Virus record (IMG/VR): IMGVR_UViG_3300037047_000121
Strand: one strand, 5' to 3'
Source: a virus
DNA: 64,000 nucleotides
Position numbers and translations under genes: made by a program. The notes under the pieces are model-generated. The model was not told where the DNA came from. It ran no database searches and was given only the letters and a program-made list of their open reading frames with translations. Below, piece after piece: positions 55,583 to 63,853 of this stretch (positions within the stretch are counted from its first letter, which is position 1; every line of letters begins with the position of its first letter).

Positions 55583-55980
55583 AAACACGAGCCGGTTTTG
55601 TATCCAACAGTTCATCGTCGTCTTTCGCCATTGACAGGATGCTCCTGACTCCAGAGCAGGTTGAAAAGGTCCGGCATTACTACCTGACAATGCTGGAGAT
55701 GACGGCCCCTCAGACCGAAGCTCCGGGATACCCCAAAGAGGAGCTTCGGGATTCCTATGAATACAAAGACCCGAGATACTACCGAGTCTGGCGAGATGCC
55801 CAGGGAAACCCCACTGACGAGATGGTCTACGTGGATGACGGCTGGAACGTCACAGTGGGCGAGGGTGTCATCTGGTTCGATACGTCGATGGACAACTTTG
55901 ACATGAAGGGGTTTCTCCGACGCTTGGGTGTAGACCCCCGAGCTTTTCAGGACTTCTCGACCCGGAGCAGGAAAACCTGA
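55579..55980 (+). CDS. MKTRxGFVSNSS-family protein, paralog 4 of 9
   Basis: N-terminus (GTG start) MKTRAGFVSNSSSSSFAIDR. Confidence 0.55.
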   Translation: MKTRAGFVSNSSSSSFAIDRMLLTPEQVEKVRHYYLTMLEMTAPQTEAPGYPKEELRDSYEYKDPRYYRVWRDAQGNPTDEMVYVDDGWNVTVGEGVIWFDTSMDNFDMKGFLRRLGVDPRAFQDFSTRSRKT

Positions 55981-56016
55981 AAGACATGGCGGACTAGGCG
56001 CCCCGGAGGTAACCCC

Positions 56017-56274
56017 ATGGCAAATGTAACTGACTGGACAGCCCAGGCTCGTGCAAACGTGGCAGCAGCGTTGGCCGATCTTGAGCGGCTCGTGTTAGAG
56101 CACGGCCAAGATGAAGTGCCGCCCCTTCAGTTTGACGATCATCTCGTCGAGAGTCTCTCCTACAAACTGAGCAACCTCGGTCATGCCTCCAGGTTAGCCC
56201 TGGTGTACGCCCGCGATGCCCTACAGGTAGCTCAGAGGACTCACCAGCCGGAGCACGCTCATGAAAATCCGTGA
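56017..56274 (+). CDS. hypothetical protein
   Basis: ORF track. Confidence 0.4.
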   Translation: MANVTDWTAQARANVAAALADLERLVLEHGQDEVPPLQFDDHLVESLSYKLSNLGHASRLALVYARDALQVAQRTHQPEHAHENP

Positions 56275-56683
56275 CGGGTTCGTATCCAACAGCAGCACGA
56301 CATCTTTCACATGTCGGGTATGTGGTCAGACCGAGGCATTCTCGGACTGCGTCAGCTACTCCGAGATGGATCTGTACCGCTGCGAAAAGGGCCACAAGTT
56401 CTGTGGTGAGCACATTCTCCCGATCCCGCCCGGTTGTGAGAAGGAACACAAGAATTCCGAGGCCGACTGGGAGGATGAGGATGAGACCCCATCTTACAAA
56501 AACCACTATGCCATGTCGGCTGAACGGTGCCCCGTTTGCCAGATGACAACGATGGATATGGATCTCGTTGAGCCGTTTCTGCTCAAGATGCTGGGTTGGG
56601 ATCGGCAGAAAATGTTCAACGAAACCTGCAAGGTTAGCGGCGGATCCTATGAGAAGCTGCTAGATTTTCTATCGAAAAAATAG
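56261..56683 (+). CDS. MKTRxGFVSNSS-family protein, paralog 5 of 9 (zinc-ribbon subtype)
   Basis: MKIRDGFVSNSSTTSFTCRVCG...C..GHKFCGEH...CPVCQ. Confidence 0.6.
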   Translation: MKIRDGFVSNSSTTSFTCRVCGQTEAFSDCVSYSEMDLYRCEKGHKFCGEHILPIPPGCEKEHKNSEADWEDEDETPSYKNHYAMSAERCPVCQMTTMDMDLVEPFLLKMLGWDRQKMFNETCKVSGGSYEKLLDFLSKK

Positions 56684-56693
56684 GGGTCTAGAC

Positions 56694-57113
56694 ATGAAAA
56701 CAAGAAACGGGTTCGTCTCCAACAGTAGCACCACCTCGTTCACCTGTGACGTGTGCGGTCACGTCGAGGGTTACCACGACAGCCTGGGTTACTCGGATAT
56801 CGGAGCCTATGGCTGTGAAAACGGGCATAGTTTTTGTGATAAGCACCTCCTGCCCAAACCAAAAAACCTAGAACCCCAGCACCAGGAACTGGACGAGGAC
56901 GACGAGTGCAAGATCGACAGCCATTATGAGTTGTCGGCTATCCGTTGTCCCCTCTGCCAGTTGACAACGATGAACCAGTCCCTGATGGAGGATTTCCTCC
57001 TCAAAGCGCTGGGCTGGACGAAAAAGCAGGCACTCGAGGAGGCCAAAATCCGTGGCGGCGGAACCTACGCTGGACTCCTGGCCTATCTCGGGAAAAGGAA
57101 ACCCCGGAGATGA
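56694..57113 (+). CDS. MKTRxGFVSNSS-family protein, paralog 6 of 9 (zinc-ribbon subtype)
   Basis: MKTRNGFVSNSSTTSFTCDVCG...C.NGHSFCDKH...CPLCQ; clear paralog of 56261. Confidence 0.6.
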   Translation: MKTRNGFVSNSSTTSFTCDVCGHVEGYHDSLGYSDIGAYGCENGHSFCDKHLLPKPKNLEPQHQELDEDDECKIDSHYELSAIRCPLCQLTTMNQSLMEDFLLKALGWTKKQALEEAKIRGGGTYAGLLAYLGKRKPRR

Positions 57114-57364
57114 CACCTGAGGATCGGGCTGAGTTAGCCCAAAACCTGACCGAGCGCATCCTCGTGTGGAAAACGCTCTCGTTGCCTGTATGCTGGTACG
57201 AACTGGAGGATATCCTCCGGGGGATCGTCACCCTTGCCTCGGAGGCCCCCAAAACGCCCCACCAGTGCCCCATCTGCAATGGGACGGGGAGCGTAAGGGC
57301 TGATGGAATCGTAGCGACCAAGCCGTGTCCCGTGTGTTTGGGGGCGCGAATCCTGTGGGGATAG
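57110..57364 (+). CDS. small protein with DnaJ-type CxxCxGxG zinc finger
   Basis: CPICNGTGS...CPVCLG; ATG 57110 within track ORF 56945..57364. Confidence 0.4.
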   Translation: MTPEDRAELAQNLTERILVWKTLSLPVCWYELEDILRGIVTLASEAPKTPHQCPICNGTGSVRADGIVATKPCPVCLGARILWG

Positions 57365-57395
57365 AGTAGATCCATTCGTCCAAGGAGGAGTCTAC

Positions 57396-57680
57396 ATGAA
57401 AACGCGGTCCGGTTTCGTCAGCAACAGTTCCAGTAGCTCATTTGCCATCCGCCTGTCCGACCTGAGTCCCCAGCAGATCGAGGATATCCACAATCATCTG
57501 GAACTGGCCCGGACTTCCTATAAAACTTATGACCTCGGGAGCACTCAGGATGAAGCCATGTGGTCGATTGTTGAGACCGACCGCGTGATCTCAGGGAACA
57601 CGTACATGGATAACTTCGACATGCACGAGTTCCTGATCCTGATCGGAGTTCACTCTAGCTTGATTACGTGGGAGGAATGA
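57396..57680 (+). CDS. MKTRxGFVSNSS-family protein, paralog 7 of 9
   Basis: MKTRSGFVSNSSSSSFAIRLSD; RBS CAAGGAGGAG. Confidence 0.6.
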   Translation: MKTRSGFVSNSSSSSFAIRLSDLSPQQIEDIHNHLELARTSYKTYDLGSTQDEAMWSIVETDRVISGNTYMDNFDMHEFLILIGVHSSLITWEE

Positions 57681-57681
57681 C

Positions 57682-58095
57682 ATGAAAACCCGGACTGGGT
57701 TTGTCAGTAATAGCTCAACGTCATCCTTTATGTGCGAGATCTGTCTGTCCGTCGAGGCAGGCATGGATGTCAGTCACCGGGACGTTGGGATGATGCGGTG
57801 TCACGCAGATCACACGTTCTGCGAGGGTCATGCAACCTTGGAGATGACCGACGAGGAACGGGATGCCTCCGAGGATGGTTACGAGGTTCCGGAGCGCATT
57901 TGCCCCATCTGTTCCCTCCAGAGGCTCTCGGTAGAGGATGAGCTTGCTTTCCTGCGTCGGGTGGCGGGGACGAACACTGCCGAAGGTTCCGCTGCCAAGG
58001 CGCGGGATATGTTCGGCACCTTCGCGGCGCTCCAGGAGAATTTCGGCAAAGTCCAGACCGTGTACGGTCGTTGGGTAGCGAAAAAGGACAAGTAA
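57682..58095 (+). CDS. MKTRxGFVSNSS-family protein, paralog 8 of 9 (zinc-ribbon subtype)
   Basis: MKTRTGFVSNSSTSSFMCEICL...CHADHTFCEGH...CPICS. Confidence 0.6.
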   Translation: MKTRTGFVSNSSTSSFMCEICLSVEAGMDVSHRDVGMMRCHADHTFCEGHATLEMTDEERDASEDGYEVPERICPICSLQRLSVEDELAFLRRVAGTNTAEGSAAKARDMFGTFAALQENFGKVQTVYGRWVAKKDK

Positions 58096-58097
58096 CC

Positions 58098-58523
58098 ATG
58101 AAAACCAGAAACGGGTTCGTCTCCAACAGCAGCACCACCAGCTTCTCCGCTGTCGGGGTCGTTTTCAAGGGACTGAGCGACCTGGAACGCAAACAGATGA
58201 TCGCCCGGCTCATCCAGGAGGACGGCCTGGAGATCCCGGATCCCGCCTCCGAGGACGAGAATGACCAGGACTGGTGGGGCTGGGAGTACCGCGACGTCCT
58301 CGAAATGGATGGTTACTACGCAGCGGAAAACACCGACGATGGCCTAGAAGAGGGCGAGTTTTTCCTGGGAGTTCTGCTCGCAAGGTGGAATGACGACGGG
58401 AACGAGACGACCAGGACAAATCTCCGCGACGTCATCAAAGTCCTCGACAGGATGCGGAACAAGCTGAATCTGCCCGAGGTGACACACCCGACTATCGTCC
58501 TAACCGGAACCAAATGCTCCTGA
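58098..58523 (+). CDS. MKTRxGFVSNSS-family protein, paralog 9 of 9
   Basis: MKTRNGFVSNSSTTSFSAVGV; internal Met of track ORF 58071..58523. Confidence 0.55.
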   Translation: MKTRNGFVSNSSTTSFSAVGVVFKGLSDLERKQMIARLIQEDGLEIPDPASEDENDQDWWGWEYRDVLEMDGYYAAENTDDGLEEGEFFLGVLLARWNDDGNETTRTNLRDVIKVLDRMRNKLNLPEVTHPTIVLTGTKCS

Positions 58524-58543
58524 GTCGTAGGATAGGAGGGGCA

Positions 58544-58744
58544 ATGGCGGAGTTTCTGATTCGGCACGGGAAAACCCTGGTCATCTGCATCATGCTTGTT
58601 CTGCTGTTTTGTCTCTACATGGTGGCGGATGCGGGGCGCGTTTCCCGCATGACAGAGTGCAAAACCCAATGCCTCTCTTCATGCGCGGGGAATGCAGAGT
58701 GCATCAAAGAGTGTCCAGGTGTATGTTCACTCCCCCGATTTTAA
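58544..58744 (+). CDS. small membrane protein with Cys-rich tail
   Basis: Part of track ORF 58514..58744. Confidence 0.35.
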   Translation: MAEFLIRHGKTLVICIMLVLLFCLYMVADAGRVSRMTECKTQCLSSCAGNAECIKECPGVCSLPRF

Positions 58745-58756
58745 ATAGGCGCTCCC

Positions 58757-59422
58757 ATGTCCACCGGATACTACAAATGGATCCGTCCGGATGGGTCCAC
58801 CGTCTGTGCCCCCAACAATAGCGAGTCCGGTGCCCCCCATTTCTGGCCTCTTCCACAAGGGGAGGAACCCGGGGATTGGTGTCCTCCCATCGAGGGTGAA
58901 CTGAAACCGGGAAACCGAGGGTATCACGTTTGCCGCGTTTCAGATCTCTGCGGATGGTGCCTTGCAGAAACTGACCTCTACGAGGTTGAACTTCGGGGAG
59001 ACACGGCAGAGGATGAGTACCGGGTCGTTGGCCGGGAAGCCCGTCTCTTTCGGAAAATCCCCGGTTGGGAGACGGAAACCAAACTTTGGTTCGCCGTTCA
59101 CTGTGCCTCGGAAGCCGTGCTGGGTGCCTTCGGGGACAAACCCCCACAAGAAGCCGTCCTCTTGCTGGAACTGACGTGGGGCCGAGGGCTACACACGCCG
59201 GTAGCACATTTCTGTCGGGGGGTGCTGGAGTCCCGTCCCTTCGGGAACCCCATTGAACACGCCGCCATTGCGGCTGTTTTGGCAGCATCCCGACCGAGTG
59301 GCCCTCACACCCTGGCGGCAGCGTCTTACACGTGGTGCCACGTAACGCCTCCGGAGTGGCGGCGATTTATGCGCGGTGTCCTGTCCCAACGGCTGGCTAC
59401 TCAATTGGGCATCGAACTCTGA
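58757..59422 (+). CDS. hypothetical protein
   Basis: ORF track. Confidence 0.5.
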   Translation: MSTGYYKWIRPDGSTVCAPNNSESGAPHFWPLPQGEEPGDWCPPIEGELKPGNRGYHVCRVSDLCGWCLAETDLYEVELRGDTAEDEYRVVGREARLFRKIPGWETETKLWFAVHCASEAVLGAFGDKPPQEAVLLLELTWGRGLHTPVAHFCRGVLESRPFGNPIEHAAIAAVLAASRPSGPHTLAAASYTWCHVTPPEWRRFMRGVLSQRLATQLGIEL

Positions 59423-59462
59423 CCAAGCATCCGGGTAAGGTGTCCTCAAAGGAGGTGCAGAC

Positions 59463-59804
59463 ATGAGTGATGAACCAGAGATCACGAATTCGGAGCCCCT
59501 GGAGGACATGGTCGAGGTACTGACGTGTGCAGGACCCTTCGCTTACGGGTCGGATCAGAAACTCTGCGACTGTGCCCGGGAATGGCTGGACGCAGGTTTT
59601 GCACCGGAGATGGCAGATCAGTGGCTTGCCGTGAGGTGCTTTGAGCCTACGGTCGCCCGTCAGTTTGAGGACGAGGGGTTGGAGCCCGAGGATGTCGACT
59701 TCACGACCCCGAAACCTTACGTGGACACCATAGCCTACAAAGCTTGTGACGGTGTCATGAGTGTGGATGCGGCCGTTCGTGTGGCTCGGAGCCGCAGGGG
59801 ATAA
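59463..59804 (+). CDS. hypothetical protein
   Basis: ORF track; RBS AAAGGAGGTG. Confidence 0.45.
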   Translation: MSDEPEITNSEPLEDMVEVLTCAGPFAYGSDQKLCDCAREWLDAGFAPEMADQWLAVRCFEPTVARQFEDEGLEPEDVDFTTPKPYVDTIAYKACDGVMSVDAAVRVARSRRG

Positions 59805-59807
59805 GGC

Positions 59808-60236
59808 ATGACTCCGCACACCCAGCTAATCCTGGGTGGCGACGGGAAGGATGGCAAACCCCCAGGGGATTGCATCCGAACTTCCGTTGCCTGTTTGTTT
59901 GACCTGGATCCAACTACTGTCCCGCATTTCCTAGAGAATGGCCCCGATTTCTGCTGGCGCAACATGGCGAACTGGAGTCGGGAGCGCGGGTTTGCTCCTC
60001 TCCAACTCGTCAACCAACCCGGCAAACTTTTGTTGGACTACTACGCAGCGGTATATCTCCGGGGTGTCTATCATCTCATCCATGGGATGGGACCCCGAGG
60101 GTGGCGACATTGCGTGGTAGGCTTCGGCGGGGACATCGTTCATGACCCGCATCCCAGCAGAGCGGGACTGACCGAGATCGAGGCATACACCCTCTTTGTG
60201 GCTGTCGACCCGGCAAAAACCAGCGTGTTCGAGTAG
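59808..60236 (+). CDS. hypothetical protein (possible Cys/His peptidase-like)
   Basis: ORF track; conserved-looking Cys (DCIRTSVAC) and His (YHLIHG, HDPHP) clusters; weak. Confidence 0.45.
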   Translation: MTPHTQLILGGDGKDGKPPGDCIRTSVACLFDLDPTTVPHFLENGPDFCWRNMANWSRERGFAPLQLVNQPGKLLLDYYAAVYLRGVYHLIHGMGPRGWRHCVVGFGGDIVHDPHPSRAGLTEIEAYTLFVAVDPAKTSVFE

Positions 60237-60258
60237 AAAGATCCAAGGAGGAAACTTC

Positions 60259-60747
60259 ATGGTACATGACCCCTTCGGCCGATTTGAACAGGCCACAATC
60301 ACCGACGTTTTGGCAAACCATCCGGAACTGACCCAGGAGGACCTGAAAAACGTCATCCAGGATCTGGTGTCCTTCTCCGCTCAGAATAACCGTATCTGCA
60401 CCGCGAACGTCCTAGAAGCTTTGGTTGCTACCGGACTGCGAGATTTGGTACAGGCCAGACAGGAAGAACTCTCGCAGGAACGGGAGCGGGTCCGGCAGGA
60501 AACGTTCGAGCGGACGAAAGAGCTACTCCCCAAGCCCAACCAGCTTGTGAAGCCCTGGGGGAGCAAAATTGCCCACATCGTATCCTCGGACCCACCAACG
60601 ACATACGGAAGTGATGGGACGGCCGTAACAAACACCGTGTGCGGCGGCCACATGCTGGCACCCCCACGAGGGGAGGCCGACTGGGTAATCGTGTCTAACG
60701 TAGACACACACGTCTGCAAGATGTGCAAGGCCAAGAAAAAGTCCTGA
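60259..60747 (+). CDS. hypothetical protein
   Basis: ATG 60259 after AAGGAGGAAAC; within track ORF 60196..60747. Confidence 0.5.
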   Translation: MVHDPFGRFEQATITDVLANHPELTQEDLKNVIQDLVSFSAQNNRICTANVLEALVATGLRDLVQARQEELSQERERVRQETFERTKELLPKPNQLVKPWGSKIAHIVSSDPPTTYGSDGTAVTNTVCGGHMLAPPRGEADWVIVSNVDTHVCKMCKAKKKS

Positions 60748-60763
60748 CCCCCAAATTTCCGTT

Positions 60764-60791
60764 GGGATCATCTCCTCCTGCCCCAGAGTAG
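60764..60791 (+). promoter_or_regulatory. GGGATCAT-N14-GAGTAG promoter-like motif
   Basis: Motif copy; downstream ATG 60812. Confidence 0.45.
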
Positions 60792-60811
60792 AGGGACTGA
60801 AGGAGGCTCCC

Positions 60812-61132
60812 ATGTTCCGTAACGATGATCTCGTCAGCTACCTCGAAGAGATGGCCAGCCTGCGGCACGGTCGGGGCACCGAGTGCCCCGACTGCGGTCG
60901 GTCGGACTGCAACGGGCACCCGGAGTTCTACCAGGACGCGGCACCATGGGCAGAGGTCGAGCTCTACGAGGACGGGATCCTCGTGGGGATCTGCACCGTG
61001 CAGGAACTGCGGGACGCCAACGCCGAGGACACGGAACTGCTGGGGCACCTGGATACGCTCGGGGCGCAGCGCGTCATTCGCTGGGGTGGCGGTTCCCAGC
61101 CCGAGTACAAGATCCGCCTCAAGGGGGAGTGA
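60812..61132 (+). CDS. hypothetical protein
   Basis: ORF track; RBS GAAGGAGG. Confidence 0.5.
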   Translation: MFRNDDLVSYLEEMASLRHGRGTECPDCGRSDCNGHPEFYQDAAPWAEVELYEDGILVGICTVQELRDANAEDTELLGHLDTLGAQRVIRWGGGSQPEYKIRLKGE

Positions 61133-61134
61133 CA

Positions 61135-61619
61135 TGGAGGACCACGAAATCGAGGATCTCCGGCGGCAGATCGGCCAGCTTCAGGAGGAGCGGGATCGTC
61201 TCGATGGCGCTCTGACGGAGGCCGCCAGGATGCTCCGTTCCGCTCAGGAGTCCGTCGGTTCCCGGACGGCACAGCGCGACGCGGCGACGGACGTCCTGCG
61301 GGCACTGCACGGGGTCGCCCTGGGTCTGATGCCGCATGACTTCAAGGGGCTCTGCCCGGACGACGTCGAGGGGGTGGATGTTCGGGATCCGGAGTGCCCC
61401 GCGTGTCAGATCCTGATCCGGGTCGACAATCTGATGGAGTCTATCTTCCACGGCGAACCCGCAGAGCGGAACCCGCGAGTCTCCCTGCGGGATCAGGTGA
61501 GGATCCTCACCGAAGCGCTGGACGACTGCCGTCAGATGGCCGCGGGGGAACATCCGGACGTGCACGTCATCGGGATGCGTGCCGGTGCCGCCCTCTCCCA
61601 GGTCTCGGAGGAACGGTAG
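61135..61619 (+). CDS. hypothetical protein
   Basis: ATG 61135 overlapping the upstream stop; in frame with track ORF 60825..61619. Confidence 0.5.
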
Positions 61620-61621
61620 GC

Positions 61622-62083
61622 ATGGAAAAGCCGCTGGTCATCGAATACCCGGACGGGACGGAGACGCGAGCCGTGTACCGCCGGGAACGGCATCTCGACG
61701 AGATCCTCAGCGAGGTCCTGATCGACGTTCTCGACGGCGGGGGTCGGCTTCTGATCGGGAGAGCCCTGGTCGACGGCGGAGGGAATTTCGTCGACGCCGA
61801 GTGGGAGGAGGATGTCACCCGATCCGTACCGGCGGACACCCTGCGGCAGATCCGGATCCAGGCAGCCCAGTACTCCGTCCCACAGCCGGACGAGCGGGGG
61901 TGGCGAAAGTTCAACCTCGACAACTACACCTACAAGGTCAAAAGGGACGGGGTCGGGATGCTGTTCGAGACCATTCGCGAGGGGCGATGGGTACCCTGCA
62001 CGTCGTCCGCGGGACGGCTGAAACGATTGTTTGCTCTCGTTACAATCGGGGAGCCCTCCGAGTCCTTCCGCTGGGTCGCCTGA
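61622..62083 (+). CDS. hypothetical protein
   Basis: ATG 61622; in frame with track ORF 61394..62083. Confidence 0.5.
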   Translation: MEKPLVIEYPDGTETRAVYRRERHLDEILSEVLIDVLDGGGRLLIGRALVDGGGNFVDAEWEEDVTRSVPADTLRQIRIQAAQYSVPQPDERGWRKFNLDNYTYKVKRDGVGMLFETIREGRWVPCTSSAGRLKRLFALVTIGEPSESFRWVA

Positions 62084-62087
62084 TTCT

Positions 62088-62115
62088 GGGATCATTCCCG
62101 CCCGGGTCTGAGTAG
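62088..62115 (+). promoter_or_regulatory. GGGATCAT-N14-GAGTAG promoter-like motif
   Basis: Motif copy; downstream ATG 62164. Confidence 0.45.
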
Positions 62116-62163
62116 AGCCAATAAGGGGATCCTGGATTCAAACCCGACGAAAAGGGACTGAAC

Positions 62164-62556
62164 ATGTCGACCTGGGAATACAAGGAAGGCCCGTTCGTTT
62201 GCACCGTCACCGAGGTGCAGTGGGCGGATGTCGAAACGGTCGGCTGGTGGGTGTTCAAGCGAGAGCGCCGGAACAAGAGATACCGTTTCGACTGGCAGGT
62301 TCGGTACCGTGCCAGCGACCGAGTCCTGAAGTCCGGTTCGGCACTGACGCGCTATGGCGCCGACAAGGGCTGCGACGACGCCATGGCCGAGGTACGGGAG
62401 AAGACCCCCTACTTCGTGACGGTCATCGGAACCTGCTCCAAGTGCGGGGATCTGATGTACGGGGGTGAGGGTTACGAAAGCAGTTCCGTGAACGGCAACC
62501 GAGTTCTTGTCTGCCTCCTGAACGGATGTGACACAGATGCTCCTGTTTCTCGATGA
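62164..62556 (+). CDS. hypothetical protein
   Basis: ORF track. Confidence 0.5.
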   Translation: MSTWEYKEGPFVCTVTEVQWADVETVGWWVFKRERRNKRYRFDWQVRYRASDRVLKSGSALTRYGADKGCDDAMAEVREKTPYFVTVIGTCSKCGDLMYGGEGYESSSVNGNRVLVCLLNGCDTDAPVSR

Positions 62557-63184
62557 CACGCGCCAACCCCCGCCGGGGTTCAGCCTCGTCCGATGGCCTG
62601 ATGAGGCCATCGAGGCGCTGAAAACTGGACGGGTGGAGCATCTCAGCCTCGACCACGATCTGGGGGATGACACTCGGGGCACGGGCTACGACGTGATCCT
62701 CTGGATCGAGGAGCAAGTGGCAACACGTGGCTGGAACCCGCCCGGGATCATCGAGGTGCATTCCTCCAACTCCAGCGCCCGGGTCAAGATGGAGAACGGA
62801 ATCGAGTCCATTCGTCGGCTCCAGTTCCGGAATGCTCTGGATGCGTACATATCCCTGCGGGCAAACCTCCAAGGCATCCGGAAAGCCTACGCGGGGGGAC
62901 TCACGCCAGAGGCGACCCCAGAACACGTGATGAATCTTCTGGGGGCGGTGTACACGCTCGACTGTTACCTGACGGGCAAAACGTCGGGACGCTGTTCCCA
63001 AGACCTTGAGTGTGCCCGGAAACTCTGGGGTCTTGAGGACTGGACTGTATACCTCTCGGATGGGGGATACTCTCGGATCGTCCTGAGTTTCGATCCCCCC
63101 TGGCTCTGGATTGTTCGGTTGGGGATCTCAACCCCCACCGTCATCTCCAGATGGGAAATGATTGAAGAAGCCTTGGCGGAGTGA
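62537..63184 (+). CDS. hypothetical protein with receiver-like N-terminus
   Basis: MLLFLDDTRQPP...LSLDHDLGDD resembles a REC / cyclic-phosphate-processing receiver-like fold; tentative. Confidence 0.4.
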   Translation: MLLFLDDTRQPPPGFSLVRWPDEAIEALKTGRVEHLSLDHDLGDDTRGTGYDVILWIEEQVATRGWNPPGIIEVHSSNSSARVKMENGIESIRRLQFRNALDAYISLRANLQGIRKAYAGGLTPEATPEHVMNLLGAVYTLDCYLTGKTSGRCSQDLECARKLWGLEDWTVYLSDGGYSRIVLSFDPPWLWIVRLGISTPTVISRWEMIEEALAE

Positions 63185-63187
63185 GCC

Positions 63188-63598
63188 ATGCGCAGGGTCT
63201 ATCTGGTCGACACGCACCCGATCCATCAGATGTGCGAGTTCGACCAACTCGTATCCTCGGGGTTCATGGTCGAGAGCCCGTCAACGGAAAGGGAATTCCT
63301 GGTGCGCAGCATCGAGGCGATCCGCCAGAGTCCTGAGGACTGGGTTCTGGTGATTGACCCGCGGGTGCGCGGAACGTTGTCGCGGGATTTCCTGCGGGCG
63401 GCGTTGACCTGCGGGGCGGTGGTCGTGGCGATTTCCACGTACACCCCGAGGCAGTTCGACGACCTGTGCAAGGAAGAGGGACTGGCCCCCAGCGCGGGCT
63501 ATCTGGAGAAGCCATTCCGGATTGCGGAACTGGCCCGGAGTATCAAGTCATGCCTCAGCAGTCCGAACAGCAGGTATGTTCGAGGGGTGGCGTTTTGA
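63188..63598 (+). CDS. hypothetical protein
   Basis: ORF track. Confidence 0.45.
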   Translation: MRRVYLVDTHPIHQMCEFDQLVSSGFMVESPSTEREFLVRSIEAIRQSPEDWVLVIDPRVRGTLSRDFLRAALTCGAVVVAISTYTPRQFDDLCKEEGLAPSAGYLEKPFRIAELARSIKSCLSSPNSRYVRGVAF

Positions 63599-63761
63599 TT
63601 TCATACCAGGGCACCGCGACTAGTCGTCCATTCGGGATAGTCTGGAACGCCCTCCGCAAATCCTCGACCGCTTTGTCGTAAACGTCCTGGGGCATCTGAT
63701 ATCCCGGGCTAACGATGACGACGACCGTGTCCGCGATCTGAATCTGTGCATAGTCCAACAT
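63555..63761 (-). CDS. hypothetical small protein (minus strand)
   Basis: ORF track; convergent with 63188..63598 and overlapping its 3' end. Confidence 0.3.
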   Translation of the reverse strand: MLDYAQIQIADTVVVIVSPGYQMPQDVYDKAVEDLRRAFQTIPNGRLVAVPWYEIKTPPLEHTCCSDC

Positions 63762-63805
63762 GAGAAACCTCCAGGTTTGTTCGGAGTACTTTACCCAGGA
63801 TCATG

Positions 63806-63833
63806 GGATCATCTTCGCCTCTCCCAGAGTAGA
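63806..63833 (+). promoter_or_regulatory. GGGATCAT-N14-GAGTAG promoter-like motif
   Basis: Motif copy; downstream ATG 63854. Confidence 0.45.
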
Positions 63834-63853
63834 TCAGGCAAGGAGGTGCAAAA

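Noticed and set aside
49103-58523. The conserved MKTRxGFVSNSS start of nine genes as a DNA-level repeat (for example a recombination or att site or duplicated RBS region)
   Set aside because: The nucleotide sequences differ substantially. Serine codons alternate between TCN and AGY, and the Arg and Gly codons vary, while the peptide is invariant. Selection is therefore on the amino-acid sequence.
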